In this document: one piece after another, positions 63,650-64,000 of the stretch
Position numbering within the stretch: the first letter of the stretch is position 1
How the letters are laid out: each line of letters opens with the position of its first letter
NCBI GenBank assembly: GCA_048270185.1
Contig: JBLWTJ010000004.1
Location: 164,615 to 228,614, forward strand
Direction of reading: 5' to 3'
Source of the DNA: Bacteriovoracaceae bacterium
Lineage (GTDB): Bacteria; Bdellovibrionota; Bacteriovoracia; Bacteriovoracales; Bacteriovoracaceae
Length of the DNA: 64,000 bases
The notes under the pieces: generated by a model
What the model saw: the letters and a program-made list of their open reading frames with translations, nothing else
What the model was told of the DNA's origin: nothing
Database searches by the model: none
Made by a program: the position numbers and the translations under genes

Positions 63650-64000
63650 TTAGATTACTTTAGCTTCTTCTCTTAAAAGCTTAACAACATCAGCTACAAC
63701 ACCTGCTTGAGCAGCTTCATCCATAGCATCAAACTTCTTACCAGCTGGTTTTTCTGGTGGAAGTTGAAAACCTGAATACTTAACACGACGATCGTCTGCT
63801 GTTACACCTACATCAGACAGTGAATGTTGAGCAAGAGGCTTTCTCTTTGCTTTCATAATACCTGGAAGTGAAGCATAACGAGGGCTGTTAAGTCCTTTGT
63901 TTGCAGCGATTAAAACTGGAGCAGCAACTTCGTAAACTTCTAGTGCTCCACCTTCTACTTCTCTTTTAAGAGTGTAAGTACCACTTGCTTCTTCACACCC
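63650..64000 (-). CDS. etfB: Electron transfer flavoprotein beta subunit, 3' part (runs off window)
   Basis: Frame extends upstream of the listed ORF: REVEGG...LNSPRYASLPGIMKAKRKP; upstream of etfA. Confidence 0.93.
   Translation of the reverse strand, partial: GCEEASGTYTLKREVEGGALEVYEVAAPVLIAANKGLNSPRYASLPGIMKAKRKPLAQHSLSDVGVTADDRRVKYSGFQLPPEKPAGKKFDAMDEAAQAGVVADVVKLLREEAKVI

Overview
AT-rich bacterial chromosomal origin region. Gene order (dnaA-dnaN-recF-gyrB-gyrA-TPR-atpZ/atpI-atpB-atpE on one side; rpmH-rnpA-yidC-mnmE-mnmG-rsmG-parA-parB-bactofilin-atpF'FHAGDC on the other) and protein styles suggest a predatory Bdellovibrionota, probably Bacteriovoracaceae/Halobacteriovorax-like (inference). 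The rest is housekeeping and envelope genes (ligA, radA, glpK, hutHI, def-fmt-rpe, lptF/G, class A PBP, tRNA-Gln-prs-pth-ychF, slt, mrp, etfAB) plus several secreted or outer-membrane hypotheticals. No prophage, IS, CRISPR or defence island was seen. The unusual signals are cis-acting DNA/RNA motifs. (1) A second 16-bp parS-like palindrome, TGGTYCTATAGRACCA, occurs in 10 copies flanking the three canonical parS sites: six form an in-frame insertion in mnmE, one lies near the mnmE 5' end, and three are non-coding between parB and bactofilin with the same 27-bp period. (2) oriC carries 13 GGCC sites, many fused to variant DnaA boxes, and the dnaA promoter region carries 5 more, like GATC/Dam/SeqA in E. 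coli. (3) oriC holds four perfect TGACTAGTCA palindromes. (4) A covarying hairpin element starts exactly at the TAA stop codons of ychF and etfA. All product calls come from recognising motifs by eye; no database search was run.
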